Shown here in pieces: positions 53,262 through 64,000 of a stretch of 64,000 nt of DNA. Source of the stretch: Mobula hypostoma (Eukaryota); the NCBI RefSeq assembly GCF_963921235.1, contig NC_086108.1, forward strand, positions 52,516,001 through 52,580,000. The letters are read 5' to 3'. Under the pieces are notes generated by a model, which saw only the letters and a list, made by a program, of their open reading frames with translations, was not told the DNA's origin and ran no database searches. The position numbers and the translations under genes are program-made. Numbering within the stretch: position 1 is the stretch's first letter; each line of letters begins with the position of its first letter.

Positions 53262-54457
53262 TGAATTAGGATATACAGTGAAAGAATATAGGAACTACAA
53301 ACTCAAAGTAGTGAAAATAATAGCAAAAGATATTCAAATCTCTTTAAAGCTACAAATAAAATTATTTCCTTAATTACAGTAAAAACAATTTTCATCAACA
53401 ATTTTACAGTGTACATTAGTAGTTCAACTATTCACTGCTTCATTGCTTTTCAAGTTTCAATGAGATGGATGGGCCTGGTGCAATGATATCAGCTTCTCAA
53501 TATCAGGCTGAAGGTCCCAGGAGTTTCCAATCCACATGTTCAGTCATTTGTGCCCGTTTCCTTGCTTTGAAAGAAGTTGGGTGACTGCACTGAAATTGTG
53601 CTCCACTAAATATGATATTGGAAAGGCAATAGAGAACATTTTGAAATTTTTACACAGTACAGGATATTGTTCAGAGATTTCTTACCGCAAGCAAAAGTTT
53701 TGATATGATTTTTTAAAATCCCAGCTTCAGCTCAAAATCAACTTGTGGAGAGATCAGTTCTGCCACCATCCTTCCTGTTACTACCTCATTACAAGAATCC
53801 AGGAATGGAATTATTACTCAATCTAGAATTTGGATCAAGAGAAGTTCCTGAAATCTCCCTGACATGTCTTTGTGCAGTTCACCCAGGTGGTCACAATACG
53901 CTTGAAGATCATTATCTGGTATGCTTTCTTTCTCTTCCAACTGAGAGAGACTCGGCAATTGGAAAAGGCTGTGAGGGCCAATGTTGCACTTAAATAGGGT
54001 TAACTTGGACAGAAATGCGGATACAGCTGATTTGACTTTGATAAGATTCACATCATGTCCTTGCAATTAAAGATTGATTTCAGTAAAATTTGTAAATAAT
54101 TCTGACAAATAAGTAATGTCATGCCTAATATTCTTGAATTGATTACTGAATGCATTTGAGTCTTCAAGGAATTTCATCAGTTACAAATAGTGCAAAAAAG
54201 CATCTCAGGTAGTTTCCTTTTGAGAGCCATCTGACTTCTGTGTCCAAAGCAAGCAGATAAACCATTCATCAATCTCAATACAAAGCTCTTGAAATAGTTG
54301 AGAATTGAGAGTATGGGACTTGACTTTATTTACCGATGTGATAACAGTATTTTAAAACGCAAACAACAGGAATTCTGCAGATGCTGGAAATTCAAGCAAC
54401 ACACATCAAAGTTGCTGGTGAACGCAGTAGGCCAGGCAGCATCTCTAGGAAAGGTAC

Positions 54458-54493
54458 AGTCAACGTTTCAGGCCGAGACCCTTCGTCAGGACT
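54458..54493 (-). ncRNA. Minimal hammerhead ribozyme motif (GUU triplet variant)
   Basis: Reverse complement AGUC-CUGACGA-AGGGUCUCGGCCU-GAAAC-GUU-GACU. Confidence 0.65.
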
Positions 54494-55641
54494 AACTGAA
54501 GGAAGAGTGAGTAAGGGATTTGAAAGTTGGAGGGGGAGGGGGAGATCCAAAATGATAGGAGAAGACAGGAGGGGGAGGAATGGAGCCAAGAGCTGGACAG
54601 GTGATAGGCAAAAGGGATACGAGAGAATCATGGGACAGGATGTCCCGGAAGAAAGACAAGGGGGGGGGACCCAGAGGATGGGCAAGGGGTATATTCAGAG
54701 GGACAGAGGGAGAAAAAGGAGAGTGAGAGAAAGAATGTGTGTATAAAAATAAATAACGGAGGGGGTACGAGGGGGACGTGGGGCATTAGCGGAAGTTAGA
54801 GAAGTCAATGTTCATGCCATCAGGTTGGAGGCTACCCAGACGGAATATAAGGTGTTGTTCTTCCAACTTGAGTGTGGCTTCATCCTTACAGTAGAGGAGG
54901 CCTTGGATAGACATGTCAGAATGGGAATGGGATGTGGAATTAAAATGTGTGGCCACTGGGAGATCCTGCTTTCTCTGGTGGACAGAGCGTAGGTGTTCAG
55001 CAAAGCGGTCTCCCAATCTGCGTCGGGTCTTGCCAATATATAGAAGGCCACATCGGGAGCACTGGACGCAGTATATCACCCCAGCCGACTCACAGGTTAT
55101 ATATTGGCGAGACCCGACGCAGACTAGGAGACCGCTTTGCTGAACACCTACGCTCTGTCTGCCAGAGAAAGCAGGATCTCCCAGTGGCCACACATTTTAA
55201 TTCCACATCCTATTCTGACATGTCTACCCACGGCCTCCTCTACTGTAAAGATGCAGCCACACTCAGGTTGGAGGAACAACACCTTATATTCCCTCTGGGT
55301 AGCCTCCAATCTGATGACATGAACATTGACTTCTCTAACTTCCGCTAATGCCCCACCTCCCCCTCGTATCCCATCCATTATTTATTTTTATACACACATT
55401 CTTTCTCTCACTCTCCTTTGTCTCCCTCTGTCCCTCTGACTATACCCCTTGCCCATCCTCTGGGTTCCCCCCCACTTGTCTTTCTCCCCGGGCCTCCTGT
55501 CCCATGATCCTCCCATATCCCCTTTGCCAATCACCTGTCCAGCTCTTGGCTCCATCCCTCTTCCTCCTGTCTTCTCCTACCATTTTGGATCTCCCCCTCC
55601 CCCTCCCACTTTCAAGTCTCTTACTAACTCTTCCTTCAGTT

Positions 55642-55677
55642 AGTCCTGACGAAGGGTCTCGGCCTGAAACGTCGACT
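55642..55677 (+). ncRNA. Minimal hammerhead ribozyme motif
   Basis: AGUC-CUGACGA-AGGGUCUCGGCCU-GAAAC-GUC-GACU. Confidence 0.75.
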
Positions 55678-56692
55678 GTACCTCTTCCTAGAGATGCTGC
55701 CTGGCCTGCTGCGTTCACCAGCAACTTTGATGTGTGTTGCTTGATAACAGTATTTAATGGTTTGTGCAATTGAAAACTTAGATTTTTGCGACAAGGTGTT
55801 GTTTGTGAATTACACAATGGTACATATGATAGGTACAAGCTTTTTTCAAGAAAGTAATAGCCCCATGGTGATGGGACTGCCTGGACTTGTTGCCTGGCAA
55901 AGTTGATTCATCCAACTGTAGAGCAAATTCTGTTGTCCTAAATATGTTGCACCAGTATCTTCCACATTCTCAGACATTTAATTCATTCATCTTTGAACAG
56001 AGTTGTCGCTGAGTAGAATAGCTTTAATTATTTGGTTTGATGACTAATGCAAAGTTGGTTTCAAAACCTCCATTACTGCTGGCAGATCAGTTCTTCTCCA
56101 ATTGTATGAGGCTTTCCAGATCTAGCAATGAGCAATGAAATGTATGAAGCACACAAACCATCACTGTTTTGTTGTGAAGCACAGACAAACATGTTTTGAA
56201 GTGTTTTTCATTTCTGAAAGTTTTCATAGAGTGATTGAAAGTACGCCAAGTTCCTGTTTGCTTTATCAGAGTGCACCCTCTTCAAATGTTCAAGGAGCCT
56301 GGACAGTTTCATTGCCTCATTTGAAAAAACTTTTTCACACAACAGATACATTGGCTGAGTTGGTTGTTTGGTGCTGGAATCAGTCCATATTTCAGATACT
56401 CCTTTTATACTGTCTATACTTTTTTTTGTTCGATCTGCTTCTGCCATTTTCATGATGGATTAATACCGAGAGTCAGTCACTTATTGTTTAAGGCCAACCT
56501 CAAACACTGTGATCAATAAAGGCAAAAGTTATGACATAATCATAGCTCAGGCAAAACCTAACTCTCTGTCTGAAGGTACTTTAAGGGGGGGGCGGGGAAG
56601 CATTATCTTGATTGGGCTGTGGGCTAGACAAATGAAGTCAAGACCATTCGAAAGAGCAGATTCTGAACCTTCCCCTATTGAATGCCATACCC

Positions 56693-57553
56693 TGTTACGA
56701 GAATACACATAAAATTAAGATGTTTGCTGGCCTGGGCTAGCATCAGTGGCATCAGCAGTTGGTCTGCCACCTGCCCTCAGGGGAAGGAGAGATAAGGAAC
56801 AATGGAGCAGCGTCTGGAGATGTGTAATGAAGGGATGTGGGGGAGAGAGCTGTCTGGAGCGGCTCCCCCCCTTTGAACCCTGAACTGTTTGAAGTGATGG
56901 ACAGGCGATACCCCAGCAGGGGGATTAAAAAGGGACAGGTTCGCTAAGACAGACACACACGCCACCCGAGGTAACGAGACCCTGGAAGCGGTACGCTTCT
57001 CACGAGTGGGTGAGAAGTACCAGACAACGACCAGGGTGGAAAGGTACGATCAGCGGGAACCCGGTGTGTGTCCGCCCTTGCCTGGGTGCCGGGTTCACTG
57101 CAGAGGATCGACCGCATCTGGAGGAGGGGTCACAGTCGGTGACCTCAGGTGACATCACCAAGGACCCGCCCAAATGCTGTTTGTGAGCCATCTCGCTAGT
57201 CTGTGAGTGAAGCCGTTCTGAATGATGAGTTGTTCCTGTTCTCTCTGTCTCTTCCCCCACGTTGTCCACCGCCATGGCAACGATTACTGCGAACTGAACT
57301 ACTAACTGGACTGAACTTTGAGTCATTTTGAAATTGGTCATTTACCCCTAGACAACGATAGAGCTTGATTGATGCTGTTATCTTAATTCTGTGCACATGT
57401 GCGTTTATCATCGCTGAACTGTTGCATTTATTATCCTTTCGATTAATGTGTTGCTTGTTTCTTTAATAAAATTTTCTTAGTTCTAGTACTCCAGACTCCA
57501 ACTGAGTGATCCATTTCTGCTGGTTTGGCAACCCAGTTACGGGGTACGTAACA
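56693..57553 (+). repeat. 5' LTR (861 bp)
   Basis: tgttacg...cgtaaca terminal inverted repeat; about 5 differences from the 3' LTR by eye. Confidence 0.96.
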
Positions 57554-57557
57554 TAAG

Positions 57558-57576
57558 TGGGGTTCTCGTCCGCGAT
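57558..57576 (+). promoter_or_regulatory. Primer binding site, degenerate tRNA-Pro type
   Basis: tggggttctcgtccgcgat versus canonical TGGGGGCTCGTCCGGGAT, 4 nt after the LTR. Confidence 0.7.
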
Positions 57577-57652
57577 TTTGAACGCTAAATTTGGGACGGA
57601 GTAAATTGATTGGGTTAAAATTCCCGAAAGAAAGAAAAGACAAACAGCAGAA

Positions 57653-58979
57653 ATGGAGGTTGAGGAATTTATAAAGGCGCCGACCTTGGAGGCATTAGAG
57701 GATGCCAGGAAATCGGAATTGATAGCTGTGGCCAAACGGGTGAATCTTGCTAAGGTGAAGTCGACAATGAGGAGAGAGGAGATACACAGAGCTATTGTAG
57801 AGCATTATGTATCTAAAGGTGTGTTTCCCCAAGGTGAGCTGGGGGTGGTGTCTATTGAAAAACCTGCTGGAGACGCGGTACAGGTACAGCTTGAAAAACT
57901 GAGACTCGAGCACGAGTTCCGGGTACGGCAGTTAGAACACGAAGAGAAGCAGTTAGAAAGGCAGGAGAAAGAGAGAGAGTTAGAAAGGCGGGAGAAAGAG
58001 AGAGTTAGAAAGGCGGGAGAAAGAGAGAGAGTTAGAAAGGCGGGAGAGAGAGAAAGAGGTAGAAAGGCAAGAGAGAGAAAGACAGTTGGAGAGAGAAGAG
58101 AGAGAGAGGGACAGACAGTTGGAGAGAGAGGAGAAACAGAGGGAAAGGGAATTTGAGCTGGAGAAGTTAAAGATAAGGGCCGAGCAGGGGCTCGTGCCGA
58201 ACCAAGGTGGAGGGTTCCGGGCGACCCAGGAGGTTAGGCTGGTTCCCCCATTTGACGATACCGATGTGGATCGGTACTTTCTCCATTTCGAAAAAGTGGC
58301 TATAAGTCAGGACTGGCCGAGGGATAAGTGGGTTGTTTTACTTCAGAGTGTACTGAAAGGGAAGGCCCAAGAAGCTTACTCCGCTTTATCCGCGGAAGAT
58401 GCCCAGAAGTATGAGGTGGTGAAGGAGGCCATCCTCAGGATTTATGAGTTGGTCCCGGAGGCATACCGGCAGAGGTTCCGGAATGCGAGGAAGCAGTGGG
58501 ACCGCACGTATTTGGAGTTTGCTCGCGAGATGCAAACATATTGTGAGCGTTGGTGCGCCTCGAAAGGGGTAGAGGGGGATTATGACAGACTGCTGCAGCT
58601 GATTCTGATTGAGCAGTTTAAAGGTTGTGTCCCTGAGGGTATGAGACCCTACCTCGATGAGAAAGAGGCAGCCACGTTAGCCGCAACTGCTAAGTTAGCG
58701 GATGAGTATGCGTTGACGCATAAAATGAAGTTTGCCCCGAGTAAAGGCTACCAGAAGGGTAGTCAGGACGGAGGGGAGAGTCCGCCGGAAAAGTCAGAAA
58801 GTAAGCCGGGGACTAGTGAAAAGGATAAGGTAGACCGGGAGCAGTCTGGTCGGAAGTCTCCTGGGGTCGTCTGTTATAATTGTGGGAAAGTCGGACACTT
58901 TGCGTCCAGGTGCTTTGCCCCAAGGAAGGAGACGGGGAAAGGAAAAGCGGAAATTTTGAATGGCTGTATCGAGCTGTAA
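57653..58979 (+). CDS. gag (coiled-coil repeat, capsid/SCAN-like region, CCHC knuckle), one 2-bp frameshift near 58003
   Basis: ORFs 57653-58156 and 58086-58979; VPPFDDTDVDRYFLHFEK, YELVPEAYRQRFR, LIEQFKGC, CYNCGKVGHFASRC. Confidence 0.88.
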
Positions 58980-59822
58980 AGCGAACCGCTAGGGAAGGAC
59001 AGGTCTGAAAAAGTCCAGGAAGGGCGCGAGAGGTTTATCTCGGCCGGACTGGTGTCAGTGAAAAAGAGGTTAAAACCAGTTCCAGTGCGGATCTGGAGAG
59101 ACACGGGAGCGTGTCAGTCACTAATACTGAAGAGTGTATTAGAGTTTAGCTCAGAGACCCAGACTGGGGAGGTAGAGGTCAAAGGTGTTGGGGAAGGGAC
59201 AGAGTCAGTCCCTTTGCACCAGATACATTTACAGAGCAACCTGGTCTCTGGACTAGTCACGATCGGGGTGAGGTCCGAATTACCGATGAAAGACGTGGAA
59301 GTCTTGCTCGGTAATGACATCGCCGGAGGAATCGTGTTCCCAGTCGTGAGATTGACGGGTCAGCCTGCCAGCATGGAGGCCCCGCCCGCGATGGTGAATT
59401 TGGCTGAAACATTTCTGCCAACCTTGTATGAGACAGGGTGTAGTGAGATAAGAGGTAGTGAGGGAGCTGGGACGGACGTAGCAGTAGCCAGGAAAGAATT
59501 TGTGCAGACGCAGGAGCGAGACGAGGGGCTGATGGTTTTTGCCGAGACCGCTCTCTCTGACACAGCCTTGACAAGGGAACTGGTAGGCTATTGTGCGGAG
59601 GAGGAAGTGCTAAGGAAAAAAGGGAAATCAAGGACAGTATCCGCAGATGAGGAGTGGGGGGTGGTGCAAAAGAGTTATGGGGATGAGGTTTTTAACATGG
59701 CCCACGAGGTACCCCCCGGTGGACATTTTGCGGTGCTGGAGGAAACAGTTGGTGGAATCATGAAAGAGATTTACCGGCTGCCCGGGGGAAAAATGTTATT
59801 GATCATGACCGACGCGAACTGA
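58980..59822 (+). CDS. Aspartic protease followed by an integrase N-terminal remnant (same frame as gag, after a TAA)
   Basis: IWRDTGACQSLIL and VLLGNDIAG; then FNMAHEVPPGGHFAV resembling the HH half of the integrase zinc-binding motif. Confidence 0.75.
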   Translation, partial: SEPLGKDRSEKVQEGRERFISAGLVSVKKRLKPVPVRIWRDTGACQSLILKSVLEFSSETQTGEVEVKGVGEGTESVPLHQIHLQSNLVSGLVTIGVRSELPMKDVEVLLGNDIAGGIVFPVVRLTGQPASMEAPPAMVNLAETFLPTLYETGCSEIRGSEGAGTDVAVARKEFVQTQERDEGLMVFAETALSDTALTRELVGYCAEEEVLRKKGKSRTVSADEEWGVVQKSYGDEVFNMAHEVPPGGHFAVLEETVGGIMKEIYRLPGGKMLLIMTDAN

Positions 59823-59842
59823 GACGGTCACCGGCTTTTGAT

Positions 59843-60583
59843 ATGCTAACAAACCTAGTCGGTGTTAGCGTGGAAATCAATGAAGCTAGGGGCCCCCTGC
59901 TAAGAGGAAAAAACCATTTTGAAAAGATTAGGATGGGATCGGTCAGATGGGAGAAGGCTATTGTTTTGGCCAGGTCTACTGATAAGGTCTCTCCCTTAAT
60001 CCCCGAAGGAGTAATTAAACGACTCGCACCCATGTGTTTGATTGTCCCGAGGAAATGCAAAGAACTGGGACGTTGGGTGATTGTGGTTACAATAGGGCAG
60101 CCAAGTAAACAACACCCATATTTTTTGAGTAATTCAGTGACTAAAGGGCTGATGAACACAGAGGTGTGTATTGGCAATTTAATACGGCTGTCTGAAGCCA
60201 GTTTGATAGTGAACCTTGAAAAAAATGAATTCGGCCACACGAGGGTCACTTACCTGGGAATTGTGGTGACACAGGGGCAGCTGGCAGTGATGCAAGCTAC
60301 AGTGCAGGCTATCGCTGACCTCCCAACCCCGACAGACAAGAGGGCCCTCAGAAGGCTTTTGGAGATGGTGGGGTACTGCAGGAAGTTTTGCAATAACTCT
60401 GCGGTCAATACCCGTCCCCCTCCTACTAAGCCCTTGCGAGAGAAAACTGAGTCGGAATGGGACGACCCTTGTTATTGTGGTCCGGGACAAAACCAAATGA
60501 GAGGTTACATTGGTCGCAATTCATCAGTGTTTTTGGCCACTATGAAGTTTGCTGAGTTGGAGCCTGGTCTAAGGGATTATTAA
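59843..60583 (+). pseudogene. Collapsed reverse-transcriptase remnant, open for 246 codons
   Basis: QPSKQHPY, NTEVCIGNL (YIDD position lost), LIVNLEKNEFGHTRVTYLG, LPTPTDKRALRRLLEMVGYCRKFC; no RNase H. Confidence 0.8.
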
Positions 60584-60743
60584 TAACACGTGTAAAAGGA
60601 ACAGAAAATGTGATGACTGTCTGTCAAGGTGTTGACAGCTTCAAATTCTCTGTATTAGCTAAATAACTGTTAAAGATGTATATTGTGTATGTATCAGATA
60701 ATGTAGTCATGTTTGTAATTTTTACCTCCCGGTAAAAATCCTT

Positions 60744-60755
60744 AAAGGGGGGAAG
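60744..60755 (+). promoter_or_regulatory. Polypurine tract
   Basis: aaaggggggaag immediately before the 3' LTR. Confidence 0.9.
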
Positions 60756-61615
60756 TGTTACGAGAATACACATAAAATTAAGATGTTTGCTGGCCTGGGC
60801 TAGCATCAGTGGCATCAGCAGTTGGTCTGCCACCTGCCCTCAGGGGAAGGAGAGATAAGGAACAATGGAGCAGCGTCTGGAGATGTGTAATGAAGGGATG
60901 TGGGAGAGAGAGCTGTCTGGAGCGGCTCCCCCCCTTTGAACCCTGAACTGTTTGAAGTGATGGACAGGCGATACCCCAGCAGGGGGATAAAAAGGGACAG
61001 GTTCGCTAAGACAGACACACACGCCACCCGAGGTAACGAGACCCTGGAAGCGGTACGCTTCTCACGAGTGGGTGAGAAGTATCAGACAACGACCAGGGTG
61101 GAAAGGTACGATCAGCGGGAACCCGGTGTGTGTCCGCCCTTGCCTGGGTGCCGGGTTCACTGCAGAGGATCGACCGCATCTGGAGGAGGGGTCACAGTCG
61201 GTGACCTCAGGTGACATCACCAAGGACCCGCCCAAATGCTGTTTGTGAGCCATCTCGCTGGTCTGTGAGTGAAGCCGTTCTGAATGATGAGTTGTTCCTG
61301 TTCTCTCTGTCTCTTCCCCCACGTTGTCCACCGCCATGGCAACGATTACTGCGAACTGAACTACTAACTGGACTGAACTTTGAGTCATTTTGAAATTGGT
61401 CATTTACCCCTAGACAACGATAGAGCTTGATTGATGCTGTTATCTTAATTCTGTGCACATGTGCGTTTATCATCGCTGAACTGTTGCATTTATTATCCTT
61501 TCGATTAATGTGTTGCTTGTTTCTTTAATAAAACTTTCTTAGTTCTAGTACTCCAGACTCCAACTGAGTGATCCATTTCTGCTGGTTTGGCAACCCAGTT
61601 ACGGGGTACGTAACA
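60756..61615 (+). repeat. 3' LTR (860 bp)
   Basis: Direct repeat of 56693-57553. Confidence 0.96.
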
Positions 61616-62164
61616 ACCCTAATTCACAGGAATTGTGTCGCTGTGTGATTAGAGTATGGGAATTATACTAGCTAACACTGTACTACAATTGTGAGTGGCA
61701 AAAATGCATGGGCCAGCCCAGAAGTAACAAAAATTCTTCTGTCCAGATTTCTCATTATTTGTCAAATACGGAAGTGTCACATTGCCTTTCACCAAGTATA
61801 AGGGCTCTAAGCAAAGTTTAAGAGAATGGTGGGTTAGCAAGAGATGAGGTGATTACATGATGATTGTAATCAATGATGAGGCACCAAGGATCAAATGCTT
61901 ATAAGTAGTTATCTTCTTAAATTAAGCCTGTAATCCCACAGCTGCTCCATTTGCTACCGAATGTGCCCCCCCCCACCGTCCTATTTATCGCTTCCTTAGA
62001 AACTCCCACCATCCCCGGGGGGGGGGGGGGGGGCTGATATCAACCACTTTGGGAACAACTGCAGAGCTATCCCAACAAATACAGCTGTTGTGAATGTCCT
62101 CTATCCTTTATTACAAAGAGTTTTAATATGGAAACACAGGATAATGTAGCCTTGGTGATAAATA

Positions 62165-63728
62165 CAGTGCCTATAAAAGAAAGATATTCCCCCCCCCCCA
62201 CCCGGAAGTTTTCATGTTTTGTTTTACAGCATTGAATCACAGTGGATTTAGTTTGGCTTTTTTGACACTGATCAACAGAAAAACTCTTTCGTGTCAAAGT
62301 GAAAACAGATCTCCACAAAGTGTTTTAAATTAGTTACAGATATAAAACACAAATTAATTAATTTCATAAGTATTCACCCCCCTTCAAGTCAGTATTTAAA
62401 GATTGCACCTTTGGCAGCAATTACAGCCTTGAGTCTGTGTGGATCGGTCTCTATCAGCTTTGCACATCGGGACACTGCAATTTTTCGGCATTCTTCTTTA
62501 CTGTGGAAGCTCTGTCAAATTACATTGAGATTGTGAATGAACAACCCTTTTCAAGTCCATCCACAATTTCTCAATTGGATTGAGGTCTGGACTCTGACTT
62601 GGCCACTCCAGGACATTGACTTCTTTGTTTTCAAGTCATTCATCCGTAGCCTTGGCTTTATGCTTGGGGTCATTATCTTGCGAGAAAACAAATCTCCCAA
62701 GATGCAGTTCTCTTGCAAACTGCATGAGGTGTTCCTCCAGGATTTCCCTGTATCTTCCTGCATTCATTTTACCCTCTACCTTCACAAGCCTTCCAGGGCC
62801 TGCCGCAGTGAAGCATCCCCCCAGCATGATGCAGCCATCGCCATGCTTCACAGTAGGGATGGTGTGTTTTTGATCATGTGCAGTGTTTGGCTTACACCAA
62901 GCATAGCATTTAGTCTGATGGCCATAAAACACAATTTTGGTTTCATCAGACAATAGATCCTTCTTCCAGCTGACCTCAGAGTCTCCCACATGCCTTCTGG
63001 CAAACCCTAGTCAAGATTTCATGTGAGTTTTTTTTCCCAAAAGTGGCTGTCTCTTTGCCACTCCCCCATAAAGCTGCGACTGGTGAAGCACCCAGGCAAC
63101 AGTTGTTGTATGCGCAGTCTCTCCCATCTCAGCTACCGAAGCTTGTAATTCCTCCAGAGTTGTCTTGGGTCTCTGGTGCCCCCCCTCACTTGTCCCCTTC
63201 CTGCAGTCCCTCAGTTTTTGAGAATGGACTGCTCTAGTTGGAATTACAGCTGTGCCATATTCTTTCTGTTTCTTGATGATTGACTTTAGTGTACCCCAAG
63301 GGATATTCAGTGACTGGGAAATTTTCTTGTATCCATCTCCTGACTTGCTTTTCAATGACCTTTTTGCAGAGTTGCTTGGAGTGTTCTTTTGTCTTCATGG
63401 TTTACTTTTTGTCAGGATACTGACTCACCAGCAGTTGGACCTTCCAGATACAGGTGTATTTTTACTACAATCAATCGCCTGCACCAGTGGTGATTTGGTG
63501 TGTCATATTAAAGGAGGATGAACACTTAGGCAATCAATTATTTTGTGTTTCATTATTTGTAATTACTTGAGATCATTTTATGGCAATCTGTTTTCACTGA
63601 CACAGAAGAGCCTTTTTCTGTTGATCAGTGTCAAAAAAGCCAAATTAAATCCAGTGTGATTCAATGTTGTAAAACAATAAAACATGAAAACCCTCCTGGG
63701 GGGGGGTGAATATTTTTTAGAGGCACTG
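62165..63728 (-). mobile_element. Full-length decayed Tc1 (DD34E) transposon with long IR/DR ends
   Basis: TA TSDs; about 215-bp TIRs beginning cagtgcct; transposase remnant 63398-62389 with SGDGYKKIS, LSDETKI, FSQDNDPKH, SPDLNPIE, frameshifted. Confidence 0.92.
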
Positions 63729-64000
63729 TATTTGGTGATATGGTGATATATTGTTGAAGTAGCAGTTAAATGTAAAATGTTCTAAGGAAATGCATAAAGC
63801 ACCAAAAACCAAGGAGAAGAGACAGGGAGCATATGAGAGAACGTCTCACAAACAAATGTGACATTTACAGAATAGAAAAAAAAAAGTGATTTTCATTATT
63901 CCTAGTTCAGGACCCAAGCATTGCTAGTGTTATTTTCCCTTTTCAAGTCACCTTTGAACTGAGGTTTTGTACGACCATTTCAGAGGGCTTTTAGGAGTGG

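Larger units (their letters stand above)
54353..55744. mobile_element. Palindromic Penelope-like element (two inverted 5'-truncated copies)
   Basis: GIY-YIG C-terminal ORF on both strands (VIYCVQCSRCGLLYIGKTRRRLGDRFAEH; YIGETRRRLGDRFAEH); junction near 55096; direct repeat tgataacagtattt at 54339-54352 and 55742-55755. Confidence 0.92.
53457..56453 (-). pseudogene. hAT transposase pseudogene, interrupted by the PLE
   Basis: BED-finger remnant PMYLLCEKVFSNEAMKLSRLLEHLKRVHSDK; LQGHDVNLIKVKSAVSAFLSKL; C-terminus HQAHPSH*. Confidence 0.85.
56693..61615 (+). mobile_element. Young non-autonomous Ty3/gypsy (Gmr1-like) LTR retrotransposon
   Basis: TG..CA LTRs, 4-bp TSD accc (56689-56692, 61616-61619), PBS, PPT, gag, protease and deleted IN-RT. 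Confidence 0.95.
50863..62061 (-). mobile_element. Fossil hAT (Buster/Charlie, ZBED8/SCAND3-like) transposon carrying three nested insertions
   Basis: Putative TIRs cagaggttcccaac (50863) and tttgggaacaactg (62061); transposase remnants between them; no 8-bp TSD found, so the outer limits are uncertain. Confidence 0.6.

Noticed and set aside
54381..54746. ORFs of 97-141 aa in the PLE termini (also 55348-55838 and 1551-1916)
   Set aside because: Spurious frames in the non-coding purine/pyrimidine-skewed pseudo-LTR
57000..57411. 113-aa minus-strand ORF, repeated at 61062-61403
   Set aside because: Duplicated only because it lies in the LTR; no domain and a non-ATG start
50563..64000. Next upstream DOCK7 exon or a nested ANGPTL3 gene
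   Set aside because: No matching peptide found; both are expected beyond the window

Overview
Eukaryotic, TE-rich vertebrate genomic DNA, most likely a cartilaginous fish (inferred from the CR1/Rex1/Penelope/V-SINE repeat content and the protein divergence). It holds two convergent genes. USP1 on + has its complete CDS in 8 coding exons (977..22826, 813 aa by my splice reconstruction). The 3' end of DOCK7 on - has 9 constitutive DHR-2 exons from 50562 down to the stop at 25306, plus a 15-nt STGWE microexon and further candidate cassette exons. The introns contain CR1 and Rex1-type LINEs, SINEs, Harbinger, Tigger, mariner, Tc1 (including a Sleeping Beauty-like half element) and hAT fossils. 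Highlights: (1) a very young Gmr1-like LTR element (LTRs about 99.4% identical) with gag-protease largely kept and pol collapsed; (2) palindromic Penelope-like insertions carrying minimal hammerhead ribozymes; (3) an intragenic DNA-level copy of USP1 exon 4; (4) an alternative-splicing hotspot in DOCK7; (5) candidate horizontally transferred DNA transposons. Family names and human comparisons are from recall, not database searches; USP1 exon numbers follow the human gene.
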